Shown: one piece after another, positions 40,801 to 52,658 of the stretch
Layout: each line of letters starts with the position of its first letter
How positions within the stretch are numbered: the first letter of the stretch is position 1
NCBI GenBank assembly: GCA_044892525.1
Contig: CM097885.1
Location: 5,396,001 to 5,460,000, forward strand
Source: Schmidtea polychroa
Taxonomy: Eukaryota
Reading direction: 5' to 3'
Length of the DNA stretch: 64,000 nt
Translations under genes and position numbers: made by a program
The notes under the pieces: model-generated
What the model was told of the DNA's origin: nothing
The model's database searches: none
What the model saw: only the letters and a program-made list of their open reading frames with translations

Positions 40801-43500
40801 CTAAATTATTTCAATGGAAGAATATTTGGTGTCTATAACAATTAAGTCATATTTTTGAAGTTCTTTAAAGATTTTAAGACTGAATTGAATTAAAGGAGGA
40901 TTCAAGTGGGTAGAATTGAAGGATATATTCGGTTAGATGTTTAAAAGGGTAGAAATATTTGCTGAGAGATTGGATAAGATGGGATATTGTCGGTTATTAA
41001 ATTTAATGAGGGATGGGTTAAGATGGGAATATACGATTTTTAAAGGGATATAGTCGGTTAGATTTAATGAGAGATCGGTTAAGATGGGATATTGTTGGTT
41101 AGATTTAATGAGAGGTCGGTTAAGATGGGGAAAATATGATCTTTTAAGGGGATATAGTCGGTTAGATTTAATGTGAGATGGGTTAAGATGGGAATATATT
41201 ATTGTGAGGGAGATATAGTCGGTTGCTTTTAATGAGGGAAGGGTTTCGATGGGAATATATGATTTTTTAAGGGTGATGTTGGTAAAATATCAATGTTTTT
41301 TAAGGAAATTGCAATACATTAGTCAGTTATGAATCAATAATAATTATATCGTTTTATTAGGTTGTGATTAATGCATAGTAAATTATTTTAGAACAATGTT
41401 TTATTAAGTAGGGATAATGATCGATTTACTTGGTTTTGACGATGAAAACTTTACAGATAATTGGGATTGATATCAACTTTAAATTATTTTTATCTTTATT
41501 TAGACGGACAACGACAAAAGTTGAGAAATATTGATTTAAAACATCGACAACTAAATAAAATTGATCTTTATTGGAAGAAATCTTGATTTTAATTAGTAAT
41601 TAAATCGGTTGAATATCGGTAAAATGATCATTTGAAGAAATATATTTTATTGAATGGATAAATTTAATCTTTCAATGGGACCTAGTCAGTTATATTTATT
41701 TTAAATTTCGAGTACAGTGATTTACAAAAATTTACAGTGATTAACAAAAATTTTATTATAACCGGTTTTGTCATTAGATTTTATAAATTCTTTAGGGTTA
41801 ATGATTTTACATGTTTTATAAGGAAATATTCGTGATAAAAAGGGATTTTAAGCAATCTTATTAGTCAGAGGTAAATATATAACCTTTTAAGGATATTTAT
41901 CGATAAAATACTAATCTTTAAAGATATAGTTATTTCAGGGAAATTTGATGCTTTTTAGATGATTTTAGTGAAATATTTGTAATAATACGAATTAAGGGTA
42001 GAAATATAGTCATTTGAGGGATTTTAAGGAATCTTGTTAGTTCGAGGTGAATATATGATCTTTAACAAGTACTTATCGATAAGATACCAATCTTTAAATA
42101 TTGATATATTTCAGGGAAAATGATTCTTTTTAGATGATTTTATTAGAGAATTCGCTTGAATATACCAATTATTTAAATGAATTTACTGGTTTGTTAGATG
42201 TTATCATTAGTTATCTAGTCTCTTTTGGAATTTAATGATAATTATTTTTATTGTAGATTGCTGACTTTGATAATTTTAATGAATTCATACTGATTTTTTG
42301 AATATATTGAGGAATTAGTAAATAGATTTGAGTACATGTATTACTTTTAAAAAAAATACTTAAAATTAATTTTATTTCAAATAATTTATTCAATCTAAAT
42401 CAATTATCTACTAGATCTTATCTTATTAATTTATTATCTTAGTTGATTCAACTTGAATGATCAGCATTTTTTTTTATTTATTGGATGATTAGAATTTTTT
42501 CTTGTCCATTAATTAAATTTTTATGATATTTATTTCGAATAATTTAAATTTTTTACAATAATTTAATCAATTTTTATCAAGTTATTGATGCCTTGAGTTC
42601 AATTAATTTTCCATCTAATTTTTCAAGTGATGAGTATTTGCTTTTAAAGATCAATTTGTTAGTACATAGTTGTTGGTTGTAAGTAGTTGGTTGACTTTTT
42701 AGATTTTGATAAGAAAATAGTGTATGTGATGAAGAGTATTTTGTATTTAATTGCTATTATTTTTATGTGTGGTTAGTTGATTGTTGGTACTAAGTTGTTG
42801 GTATCTTGTATATGGTAGTTGGTACAGTGTTGTTTATTGGTTGTTGTTATATAGTTGTAGGTTGATATTTGTTAATTTCTCGATGGGTTTTGATGGTGGT
42901 TGTTAGTAGTTGGTATCAGGTAACTGGTTGTTAGTACTTAGTAGCTAGTTAATGGGTAGGTTGTGGTTGAGTGTTACCAATACCCCTACGACTAGTACCT
43001 TTACGACCAGTACCCTTGCGACCAGTACCCTTACGACCTGTACCCTTAGGGGGTCAAAACATCCTGTCGGATAAACTCAGAGTATATATAATAAAACTGA
43101 TCAACAATAAGTATTTATTGAATGCAATTTTTACATTGCAATAATAAGTCAGTAGTTATCATTTAAAAGAAGAATGTTTTGTAAATTAGAATTCATTAGT
43201 CTTTCATTGTAATTTAAATTATTTTGAATTTCACGTGGTGATGAGTTGTGGTTTTTTGATGAAAATCAACATTTTTGTTAAATTTGAAAAGGTTTTTCTA
43301 ATGATTGTAATTAAATATATTTTTGTAGATAGATAAAAAATTAATTTAAAAAGCATTTCATAAAATACAGTGAAGAATATTTAGTAGTTAGTTGTAAGTA
43401 TCTGGTTGTTTGAGAGTTAGTTAGTACGTGGTATCATGTTGTAAGTATTTGTTAGCACCTAGTTAAAAATATTTAGTAACCGATTGTTGGTAACTGTTGA

Positions 43501-43531
<31 letters not shown>

Positions 43532-46500
43532 CTATTATTATTATTTTTATTATTATTATTATTCCATTAAAATTTCCATTAAAAATTAACTTAAAAAATA
43601 TTTCATAAAAATTTTCATTAAAAATTATCCTAAAAATTATTTCATAAAAATTTTCATTAAAAAATTTCAATTCTCAAACACCTTCTATTTTTTGTTAATA
43701 AATTTAAAAATCTTAGTTTAATTTACTTATTACATTACTTATTTAAAAATTATTACTTTAATTTATTCATTTAGCTTTAATTTAAAATTTAAACCATTGT
43801 TTCCTTTAATTTAAAATTTTGAACCTTAATTTACTTATTTAAAATTTTTAACTTTAATTTACTTATCCTTAATTTGCCTATTTATCCTTTATTACTTAAT
43901 TTTACACCATAATTTACTAAACAACTAATTATAACCCTTATTTTCATATTTAACCAATAATTTCATGTGGTCATCTGGTTGTAAGTGTTTGGTATCTAGT
44001 TGACAGTGCTTAGTACTAGGTAAGTTACTTGGTTGTTAGTACTTGGTTGATAATACTTAGTACCTGGTTGATGTTGGTTGTATGTACTTGGTAGGTGGTA
44101 GTTAGTTGTTAGTACTTAGTAGCTAGTTAATGGGTAGGTGGTTGTTGGTACTTGGTAGGTGGTAGCTAGTTGGTTGTAGGTACTTAGTAGCAGGTAACTG
44201 GTTGTTAGTAACTAGTTGTAGGTATCTGGTTGTTGGTGGTTGTTAGTACTTGGTATCTGGTAGTTGGTTGTAGGTACTTGGTAGGTGGTAGTTAGTTGTT
44301 AGCTGGTTGTTGTTGGTTGTTAGTACTTGGTAGGTGGTAGTTAGTTGTTAGTACTTGGTAGGTGGTAATTAATGCTTAGTACTTGGTTGTTGTCGGTTGT
44401 TGGTACTTAGTAGGTGGTTGTAGGTAGTTAGTAGTTGGTAACTGGTTGTAAGTATCTGGTTGTTTGAGAGTTAGTTAGTGCGTGGTATCTAGTTGTAAGT
44501 ACTTGCTATCAGGTAACTAGTTTTTAGTAACTAGTTGTAGGTAATTAATGCTTAGTAGTTGGTAACTGGTTGTTAGTACTTGGTATCTAGTACCTAGTTA
44601 GCTGGTTGTAGCTAGTTAATTGGTAGGTGGTAGCTAGTTGGTTGAAGGTACTTGGTATCTAGTTGATGATGCTTGGTACCTAGTTGGTTGCTTGTTTTTG
44701 GTTGTTAGTACTTGGTAGTTGGTTGGTTGCTGTTAACTGGTTGTAGCTAGTTAATGGGTAGGTGGTTGTAGGTACTTAGTAGTTGGTAATTAATGCTTAG
44801 TACCTGGTTGATGTTGGTTGCAAGTACTTGGTATCTAGTACCTAGTTGGTTGGTTATATGTACTTTGTAGGTGGTTGTAGGTGCTTAGTAGTTGGTAACT
44901 GGTTGTTAGTACTTGGTATCAGGTACCTAGTTAGCTGGTTGTAGCTAGTTAATGGGTAGGTGGTAATTGGTTGTAAGTATCTGGTTGTTTGAGAGTTAGT
45001 TAGTACGTGGTATCTAGTTGTAAGTACTTGGTAGCAGGTAACTAGTTGTTAGTAACTAGTTGTAGGTATCTGGTTGTAACTACATGTTCGTAAGTTACTG
45101 GTTGTTGGTACTAAGTTGTTGGTTTGTTGTTGAATTATTATTAAAATTTGTCTTTGAAAAATATTTCATAAAAATTTTCATTAAAAGTTATCTTAAAAAT
45201 TTCCATCTAAAATTATCATTGAAAAATATTTCATAAAAATTTTCATTAAAAATTACCATTGAAAAATATTTCATAAAAATTTCCATAAAAAATTACCATT
45301 GAAAAATATTTCATAAAAATTTTCATTAAAAAATTTCAATTCTCAAACACCTTCAACTTTTTGTAATTAAATTTTTAAAATCTTACTTTAATTTACTTAT
45401 TTAAAATTTTTTACCATTGATTACTTAATTTAAAAATTATTACTTTAATTTACTTATTTAAAATTTTTTACCATTGATTACTTAATTTTAAAATTTGGAC
45501 CATAATTTACTTTTAATTTAATTTTTTAGGACCATAATTTACTTTAATTTAATTTTTAGAACCATAATTTACTGTAATTTAATTTTTAGACCATAATTTA
45601 CTGTAATTTCAATTTTTAGACCATAATTTACTGTAATTTCAATTTTTAGAACCATAATTTACTTTAATTCAATTTTTAGAACTATTATTTACTGTAATTG
45701 AAAAATTTGAGCCATAATTTACTTTAATTTAATTTTTTAGGACCATAATTAACTGTAATAGAAAAATTTGGACCATAATTTACTGTAATTTAATTTTTTA
45801 GGACCATTATTTACTTTAATTGAAAAATCTGGACCATAATTTACTGTAATTTAATATTTTAGAACCATAATTTACTTTAATTTAATTTTTAGAACCATTA
45901 TTTACTGTAATTCAATTTTTAGAACCATTATTTACTGTAATTGAAAAATTTGAGCCATAATTTACTTTAATTTAATTTTTAGAACCATAATTTACTTTAA
46001 TTTAAAAATTTGGACCATAATTTACTGTAATTTAAAAATTTGAGCCATAATTTACTGTAATTTAATTTTTTAGAACCATAATTTACTGTAATTTAATTTT
46101 TAGAACCATTATTTACTGTAATTTAATTTTTTAGAACTATTATTTACTTTAATTGAAAAATTTACCACGTTTTTTAGTGTAGACCACATATTTCTCAGGA
46201 CCAAGGAGACTCACCTCACTATAGTCTGAAAAATCCTTGGCTTTTTTAGTGTAGACCAGATTTTTGTTTTGAAAATATCATGAGACCTTAAATTACCATG
46301 CTTTTTTAGTGTAGACCAGCTTTTTGTATTGAAAATATCCTGAGACCTTAAATTACCACGTTTTTTTAATGTAGACCACCTATTTCTCAGGACCAAGGAG
46401 ACTCACCTCACTATAGTCTGAAAAATCTTTGGCTTTTTTAGTGGTAGTCGGATTTTTGTATTGAAAAAAATTTTTTGTATTGAAAATCCCAGGACCATCG

Positions 46501-46660
46501 AGACCCCCTCACTATAGTGTGATAAAAAAAAATTTGGACTAAAATTCCCTGAAAGCAAAAAAATGAGTTGGGAACAATTGCGTAATAAAAATTTGGGAAC
46601 AAACCCCCCTCCCCCCCCCGGGGGGGGGTAATTGTTCCCGTGGGCTACTATCTACTTACT

Positions 46661-47281
46661 TACGAAACATTTAGAAACCCTGAATTTATAACTAGATCAT
46701 TTATATTTAAAACTCCAGAAACAGAAGAAACCATTACACATAGATATCCTATATTTCCTAAAGAAGAAAAACCTGTAAAGGATAACAGATGTAAAGGAAT
46801 ACAGAGAGTGGTTGCAAAGAATCTTTCTCATCAAGATTATATAGATACATTGAATCCAAATCATAAAGATAAAATTGATGAAATACATCAACTTAAAAGT
46901 GAAAACCATGATATTCACTTGATAGAATCTCAAAAAGTATCATTATCAAATTATGATGATAAGAGATTCATCCTAAGTGATTTAAAGACAACTCTACCTA
47001 TTGGAAATAATTTAATCCCTATAATAAAAAATCTAGAAAAGTTGAATAAGTTATATGATACAAAGATTACTGATCTTGATATTTATAATGTTGAAATTAT
47101 TTATCCCGAGAGAGAACCCAAGAGAGAAATCGAGAAGCCTTTATATTCTCAAGTTTTTAATCCTATATGTTTAGAACTTAAATATTTTAATACTGATTCT
47201 GAATATATAAAAGGTCTAAGTGATAAAGAATTTAAAGATCATAAATTAATGATTCATAGGTTGGCTTTCAACCATAACTGA
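46661..47281 (+). pseudogene. polB: pPolB C-terminal part, separated from the 5' part by element B
   Basis: YETFRNPE...KGIQRVVAKNLSHQDYIDTL...KVSLSNYDDKRFI, typical of the Polinton pPolB C-terminus; in frame across the TSD. Confidence 0.92.
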
Positions 47282-47393
47282 AACCAACGATATTTAATTT
47301 TTTAATAATAAAATGTCGACAATTTATTTAAGCAACTATAGCAACCTGATCTACTTTTTTTTAAAAATGCATCCATTTTATATATTTATAATT

Positions 47394-47987
47394 TTAAGAA
47401 TTCTTTAACCATTTCTCTCGTTTAATTTTTTTATTAGTTATAACATTAGCACTTTTCAATCTATTAATATTATTTTTAATATCTTGTATTATTTGATTTG
47501 ATTTCATTATTTCATCATCAGTTAAGATTCCATCTTCCAAAGCTTTTAATTGAAATAAAAATAATTTAGAGATTCCTAATTCTATTGATAAACAAACTTC
47601 ACGATATAAACTTTTCTTTTTAGAAGTATAAGATAGTGAAACTATTTCAGTTAGGAAACCATCAGCTACTGAAATACTTCCAAGTATTACAGGTGCAATT
47701 GTTAAAACTGGTAAAGTTATAGGTAAAATAACTGTTAATATTGCAGATGCAAATCCTAAAGAATAACCTATAACTTTTAAAACTGTATTCCCTTTATTCC
47801 ATCTATTTTTAATTTTTTTATAATGCTTTAATAAATCTTGTAAATGTAAGGTTTCTGATTTAAATTCTTTTACTCTCATAATTTCAAGTTCTGTGGGAGC
47901 TGAAGGTCCCGAAGGTCCCGAAGGTTTGGGGGAATAATATCCTGATGACAATTCTGGGTAAACTTTTTCTTCACTTACTTCTTCCAT
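47394..47987 (-). CDS. Polinton membrane protein (hydrophobic hairpin, KALEDGILTDDE motif) with N-terminal YPEL and PSAP motifs, 197 aa
   Basis: Central hydrophobic stretch VIGYSLGFASAILTVILPITLPVLTIAPVILGSISV; located in the Polinton gene block. Confidence 0.75.
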   Translation of the reverse strand: MEEVSEEKVYPELSSGYYSPKPSGPSGPSAPTELEIMRVKEFKSETLHLQDLLKHYKKIKNRWNKGNTVLKVIGYSLGFASAILTVILPITLPVLTIAPVILGSISVADGFLTEIVSLSYTSKKKSLYREVCLSIELGISKLFLFQLKALEDGILTDDEIMKSNQIIQDIKNNINRLKSANVITNKKIKREKWLKNS

Positions 47988-47995
47988 TTTAATAA

Positions 47996-49006
47996 TTAAA
48001 AAAATAAGATTTTATTCTTCTGAGCACCATCTGGCACCAATACTCGGATATCAAAAGAAACTCTTGTTGAGAGAATATCTTTATACAATTCCATCAATGC
48101 TTTACGAACTTCATCAACATCAACCTTTTTTTCATAAAATATTAAATCTATATAATCCACAAGTGTGCTTTTAAAAATAATATTCTTACTTTTAACTTTA
48201 TGTAGTCCATGTGAATGAGTATTAACATACCAATCTCCGTGTGGTAAATCATAACTAGTCATTATAACATCACCCTTTTCAAGCTTACTATTATAATCAC
48301 ATTTCACAAACCATTTCATTCTTTCATTATTATCATCAAACAAAAAGAAATAAGGATCAATAATTTTTACAACCATAAAAACACCCCATTCTTTACTGTT
48401 TGTTGTTATTAAACTTGGTTCTATAAAATGTTTATATGTATGGGGTAATAATGTTTTATTCTGTTCTAATTCAGCAGCTCTTTTTCTAATACTATGTGTG
48501 GTGTTAATGTGTGTTCCATGAGACTCTAAATTTGAAATTCTTTTATTAAATGATGTAATCATCTCATTTATTTTATTATATATTGTATTAAATTTAGTAT
48601 TCATAATTTGTTTATCTTTAGAATTTAATATAGCAGTATTTAACTTTACAACTTGTTCAGTTAACAGACTTTGTAACTTGTCAAATTTATCATTAAATCG
48701 TTGTTCGATATTATTAAGCTTTGATTCCATTGAATCAATTTTTGTTGTTAATGAACTTTCAATTCTTGTTGTTGTTAAATCAGTATATTTTTTAACACCA
48801 TCTACATATTTCTTATTAACTGCATCAGCTTCATCAGTTGGAAAAGATAATTCTTTTATCTTGTGTCCATTTAAAATTAAATCACCCTTCATTGAATCAC
48901 CTCTTTCATTAATATATTTATTTTCTGTTAAAGTTAATATTTCTTCTGTATTAAACCCTGTTTTTATTGTTCCACCACCTCTATTACATGGAATATAAGA
49001 ACTCAT
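47996..49006 (-). CDS. Putative fiber/adhesin-like virion protein, 336 aa
   Basis: GDSMKGDLILNGHKIKELSFPTDEADAVNKKYVD resembles the neck motif of trimeric fibers and YadA-type adhesins, followed by coiled coil; adjacent to the penton gene. Confidence 0.65.
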   Translation of the reverse strand: MSSYIPCNRGGGTIKTGFNTEEILTLTENKYINERGDSMKGDLILNGHKIKELSFPTDEADAVNKKYVDGVKKYTDLTTTRIESSLTTKIDSMESKLNNIEQRFNDKFDKLQSLLTEQVVKLNTAILNSKDKQIMNTKFNTIYNKINEMITSFNKRISNLESHGTHINTTHSIRKRAAELEQNKTLLPHTYKHFIEPSLITTNSKEWGVFMVVKIIDPYFFLFDDNNERMKWFVKCDYNSKLEKGDVIMTSYDLPHGDWYVNTHSHGLHKVKSKNIIFKSTLVDYIDLIFYEKKVDVDEVRKALMELYKDILSTRVSFDIRVLVPDGAQKNKILFF

Positions 49007-49030
49007 TTATTAATAATTTAAAATGAATCT

Positions 49031-49795
49031 TCAAACCTGTTTCAAATGTAAATACATTGAAATCTCTTCTCCATTAAAATCAATCAATTCTCCTTCTTGA
49101 TTAAGAATTTTAAAATTAATATCCATTATATATTTTTTACATAAAGGTAAATAATTTGGAGGATTCATTCTTTCAACTATTTTATATCCCATAGGAACTG
49201 TGTTTGAGGGAAAGGAATATAAAACATTTGTTTGTTTACCATTATTATAAGAACCTGTTATACAATCGCAATGAATATTTATTGTGTTTGTATTTATTAT
49301 TTTTATAATATGTTCTGATGTTATTATTTTATCTTCTTTTATTGTTATATCCATAGGTTTAAATCCTAAAACTGTGTGAAAGAAACAATTATCTAAAAAA
49401 CTAATTTTTATATTCTTCAAAGTCATTACACATTTTGAAGTTGGTATATCCATTTTAATTTTAATACCTTCATTTGTTTTTTTAGAAAGTATATCATTTA
49501 AATCTTTTATCTCATATGCCCCAGGTTCTATTGTTATAATTTCTGGTTTATGCCCATCACGAGTTTGAATAGTAAATTTATTATTATCTTTAGTTATATT
49601 AAAAATAGTATTATAAGCACAAAACCATAATAGCCCCAATTCATAATTTAAATTTTGATCTAATTTAATTGAATCTTGAAAGTTTATAGTAAACTCTGAT
49701 TCTTTTGAATTTATAGATAAAGTTCTTGAATATTTATCTGACATTATGTTTACCATTTTTTTTAAATTATCTTCCGGAGGGTTGTGAAGCTCCAT
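49031..49795 (-). CDS. Minor capsid protein (penton, single jelly-roll), 254 aa
   Basis: YELGL, IxIxPGxYxIxDLN, INIHCDCITGSY...VLYSF, PxYLP and NQEGELIDFNGE motifs typical of the Polinton minor capsid protein. Confidence 0.85.
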   Translation of the reverse strand: MELHNPPEDNLKKMVNIMSDKYSRTLSINSKESEFTINFQDSIKLDQNLNYELGLLWFCAYNTIFNITKDNNKFTIQTRDGHKPEIITIEPGAYEIKDLNDILSKKTNEGIKIKMDIPTSKCVMTLKNIKISFLDNCFFHTVLGFKPMDITIKEDKIITSEHIIKIINTNTINIHCDCITGSYNNGKQTNVLYSFPSNTVPMGYKIVERMNPPNYLPLCKKYIMDINFKILNQEGELIDFNGEEISMYLHLKQV

Positions 49796-49843
49796 TTCTT
49801 TAGTAGTAAATTGATATAGTAAAAATCCTTATAGTAAAAATCC

Positions 49844-50308
49844 TTATAGTAGAGATTCTAGATCATTATAAATTTCTTGAATTATAGATTCAAAATCCTG
49901 CGTATGCCCCTTTCCCTCTCCCTTATTCAATCTATACAAAACATATAAACTTATAATACCACATATTTTAGTATTCAAAGGTTGAACTTGTAAAGAGTTA
50001 AAAGTATAACCATTTGGGGAATCAATCGGAGAACCCCTCAAGAGATAATCTTCAACTTCTTTAGTAGGTTTAATCCCAAAAGAATCAAAGTAGATAGATT
50101 TCTTATATATACAAACCCAATGAGATCCTTTTTCATTTGAATTTTGATAATTGATTATTATATTCAGGGGACTCTCCAGACTTGATAATTCATCATTCAT
50201 TAATATTTTAATTTTTAAATTTAAATAATTTGCATAATCTTTTAAATCAAAATTTGTTTTTGCATTTATTCCAAATGTTTTTAAAAAATCTAATATTGAA
50301 GGAGTCAT
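49844..50308 (-). CDS. Adenain-like cysteine maturation protease, 154 aa
   Basis: GSHWVC (His), YFDSFG (Asp) and QxQ...CG (Cys) catalytic motifs. Confidence 0.9.
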   Translation of the reverse strand: MTPSILDFLKTFGINAKTNFDLKDYANYLNLKIKILMNDELSSLESPLNIIINYQNSNEKGSHWVCIYKKSIYFDSFGIKPTKEVEDYLLRGSPIDSPNGYTFNSLQVQPLNTKICGIISLYVLYRLNKGEGKGHTQDFESIIQEIYNDLESLL

Positions 50309-50330
50309 TTTGTATTTTAAAACTTCATAT

Positions 50331-51224
50331 TTATAACTTCGTATACTTATTAAATTTATCTTTTGAAATTATTCCTTGTTTTAACAAATCTTTAGAAATC
50401 TTTAAAATATCAGAATCTAAATTATTATGTCCTGCTTTCCTTGCAGCTAATAGTTTTCTTAATTCAATAAAAAGATTGATGGGATTTGGTTTACCACCTT
50501 CACTAATTAATCCCTCTCCCTCTGTAACAACATAACCCTTTTCATTTTTATTTAAATAATTCTTTAAATCTTGAATATATTTTGCTTTAGAACTAGCTCT
50601 TATTAATCTTATTAAATTTAAATATTTTTTAATTTCTTCAACATCATCTGAAGAATATCCACAAAGTAATCTATAAAAATCATCTGTAAATTCAAAGTCT
50701 AAATATTCATTATTATAAACATTTTGTGAATGAATACGTGATTTATTTTCTGAATTTGAATATAAAGTAAAGTTTTGTTTATTAATTGTTATTATTTGAT
50801 ATCCTTCAGTATTAGTATTAAATGTGGGTCTAATTGAAGGAGGTAAATCATCTCTAATTTTAGGATCAACTTTAAGAGGTTTTGTTTTTAAAAACATTTC
50901 TTCTTCTTCCACATTAGAAATTCTTCTGCGTTTTCTTTGATTTCTTTCAGAATGACTTTCAGGATGGTTTTCACTGGATTCTTTTTCTTTATCCTGCCAC
51001 TCTAGTTCTTTTATTTTTTGTTTTTTATCTTCTAACTCTTTAAATTTTGCTTGCTCATTGAAATCTTCCAACTCTTTTATAGCTTTAATTGTTGGCCCCT
51101 GTTGTTGTGTTATTACCTCATTTAATATTATAGATTCAGCATGTTGAGTTGTATCTTTTTTATTATATTTATCTTGTTCTGATTGTAATTTTTTTAAAAG
51201 TGCTAATCTTTCTTCATATACCAT
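50331..51224 (-). CDS. Polinton hypothetical protein, 297 aa (charged N-terminus, NLS-like RKRRR, C-terminal LLAARKAGHN motif)
   Basis: Long ORF with aaaATG start, tightly packed in the gene block; the C-terminal motif resembles one recurrent in Polinton ORFs. Confidence 0.7.
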   Translation of the reverse strand: MVYEERLALLKKLQSEQDKYNKKDTTQHAESIILNEVITQQQGPTIKAIKELEDFNEQAKFKELEDKKQKIKELEWQDKEKESSENHPESHSERNQRKRRRISNVEEEEMFLKTKPLKVDPKIRDDLPPSIRPTFNTNTEGYQIITINKQNFTLYSNSENKSRIHSQNVYNNEYLDFEFTDDFYRLLCGYSSDDVEEIKKYLNLIRLIRASSKAKYIQDLKNYLNKNEKGYVVTEGEGLISEGGKPNPINLFIELRKLLAARKAGHNNLDSDILKISKDLLKQGIISKDKFNKYTKL

Positions 51225-51246
51225 TTTAATGGTATCAAAAATGGTA

Positions 51247-51825
51247 TCATAGTTCGAAGGGCTTCAAGTATAATCCTTTACCATTTTTAGTTTCACAAAG
51301 GCATCCATTCTTTAAAGATTTACATATTTTTTTTAAATCTTCTTTATCTTTTGAAGATAAAGATTCAGATGTAGAAATTTGATTTTTTAAAAAATCATTT
51401 AAACCTCTACCTTTATAAGGATCAAGATAGAGACCTTTGCCCTGAGACTTTTGCCGACTCCCCTCATATGGATTAAGATAGAGACCCTTTCCAACGGACA
51501 CTCCCCCTTTAGCTTGCCCTACCTTCTTCATTGAATCGATTTCAGTTTGTAGTTTTTCTTTTTCTAGGTCTGTCTTTTGAGATTCTTTAGCTTTTTGAAC
51601 TGTAGTTGCAATTCCTCCAGCTATTCCAGCAGCACCTGATAAACCAGCAATGATTGCAGGTATTAAAGCAGCTAATGGAAGAATGCCACCTTCTTTAGCT
51701 TCGTGGAGCTTCGCTCTAACTTGTTCTTTTACATGTTTTCCAATAAAATATTTTTTACCATCAATTACTACTGATTTATTTTTATTTGAATTTATTAATT
51801 CTTGCAAAGATTCTTCAGTTGTCAT
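51247..51825 (-). CDS. Adenovirus pX/mu-like virion core protein, 192 aa
   Basis: GGILPLAALIPAIIAGLSGAAGIAGGIA resembles the adenoviral pX GGILPLLIP segment; three GKGLYLxP repeats. Confidence 0.75.
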   Translation of the reverse strand: MTTEESLQELINSNKNKSVVIDGKKYFIGKHVKEQVRAKLHEAKEGGILPLAALIPAIIAGLSGAAGIAGGIATTVQKAKESQKTDLEKEKLQTEIDSMKKVGQAKGGVSVGKGLYLNPYEGSRQKSQGKGLYLDPYKGRGLNDFLKNQISTSESLSSKDKEDLKKICKSLKNGCLCETKNGKGLYLKPFEL

Positions 51826-51840
51826 TTTATAATAAACAAA

Positions 51841-52647
51841 ATGGATGTACGAAGTCCAATAATTTGGAAACCAATTTTAAATAGACATAAGAGTAAATTT
51901 CATAATAAAGTATTTCCTGATAATTTTAGATTATTAATTGTTGGTTCTTCTGGATGTGGAAAGAATGTACTTGTTTTGAAAATGTTACTTGAAGATGATT
52001 TTTTAGATTATAATAATTTAATCTTTTATTCTACAACCATAAATCAACCAGAATTACAACTTTCGAAATGTGGATTTGAAAATAAATTAACTAAAAAAGC
52101 AATAATTGATATTTTTAAAAATCAACATAGGTGTCCTGAAGAAGTTTTTCAACCTTGTGATATGGTTGATTGGTATAAGGAAAAGATTTTAGAATCAGAT
52201 ATTAGTAATAAAAATGATTATATTTGTGAAGAAGGGCAGGAGGCAATTCAAGTTTTATTCTCTAATAAACCTGAAGATGTTTTACATTGTGATTTACTTC
52301 CTAAAGATAAAAAGAATCTAGTTATATTTGATGATGTTGTTAATATGAAAAATCAAGAGATTCAAAAGAGTTACTTTACACGAGGTCGACATAATAATTG
52401 TAATGTTATTTATATATCTCAAACATATTATGCTTTAGATAAAAATTCAATAAGAAATAATTCCAATTGTTTTATATTTTTTAAATTAGATCGCCGTGAT
52501 AAGAATATGATTTATAATGATTTATTTTCAAATGTTGAACCTGATAAGAATATGTTTGATATGTTTGTTGATAATCATTGGAAAGAAAAATATAATTATA
52601 TTTATTTGGATAGAGAAGAAGCTGAAATATGGAAAAGTTTGTTTTAG
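51841..52647 (+). CDS. A32/FtsK-like genome packaging ATPase
   Basis: Walker A GSSGCGKN, Walker B LVIFDD, RGRH arginine-finger motif and IYISQ; likely ATG at 51841. Confidence 0.9.
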   Translation: MDVRSPIIWKPILNRHKSKFHNKVFPDNFRLLIVGSSGCGKNVLVLKMLLEDDFLDYNNLIFYSTTINQPELQLSKCGFENKLTKKAIIDIFKNQHRCPEEVFQPCDMVDWYKEKILESDISNKNDYICEEGQEAIQVLFSNKPEDVLHCDLLPKDKKNLVIFDDVVNMKNQEIQKSYFTRGRHNNCNVIYISQTYYALDKNSIRNNSNCFIFFKLDRRDKNMIYNDLFSNVEPDKNMFDMFVDNHWKEKYNYIYLDREEAEIWKSLF

Positions 52648-52658
52648 GGCTTGTCGAC

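Larger units (their letters stand above)
30620..46660. mobile_element. Non-coding giant-palindromic non-autonomous Polinton-type element B (16,041 bp)
   Basis: 6-bp TSD TACGAA (30614-30619 / 46661-46666). 21-bp termini AGTAGGTAGATAGTAGCCCAC / GTGGGCTACTATCTACTTACT. Arms 30620-38462 and 39382-46660 surround a 919-bp spacer. No credible ORF. Removing it restores the polB frame (KQYSYE-TFRNPE). Confidence 0.93.

Noticed and set aside
30620..46660. Palindrome as a read-foldback assembly artefact
   Set aside because: Exact 6-bp TSD, restoration of the polB frame, a unique 919-bp spacer, different terminal hairpins and arm-specific indels argue that it is real. Read-level confirmation is still desirable.
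30620..46660. Intramolecular auto-integration of Polinton A's own ends
   Set aside because: Both polB halves keep the same orientation, and B's termini differ from A's beyond the first 4-5 bases; A's own TIRs are present at 22109 and 56593.
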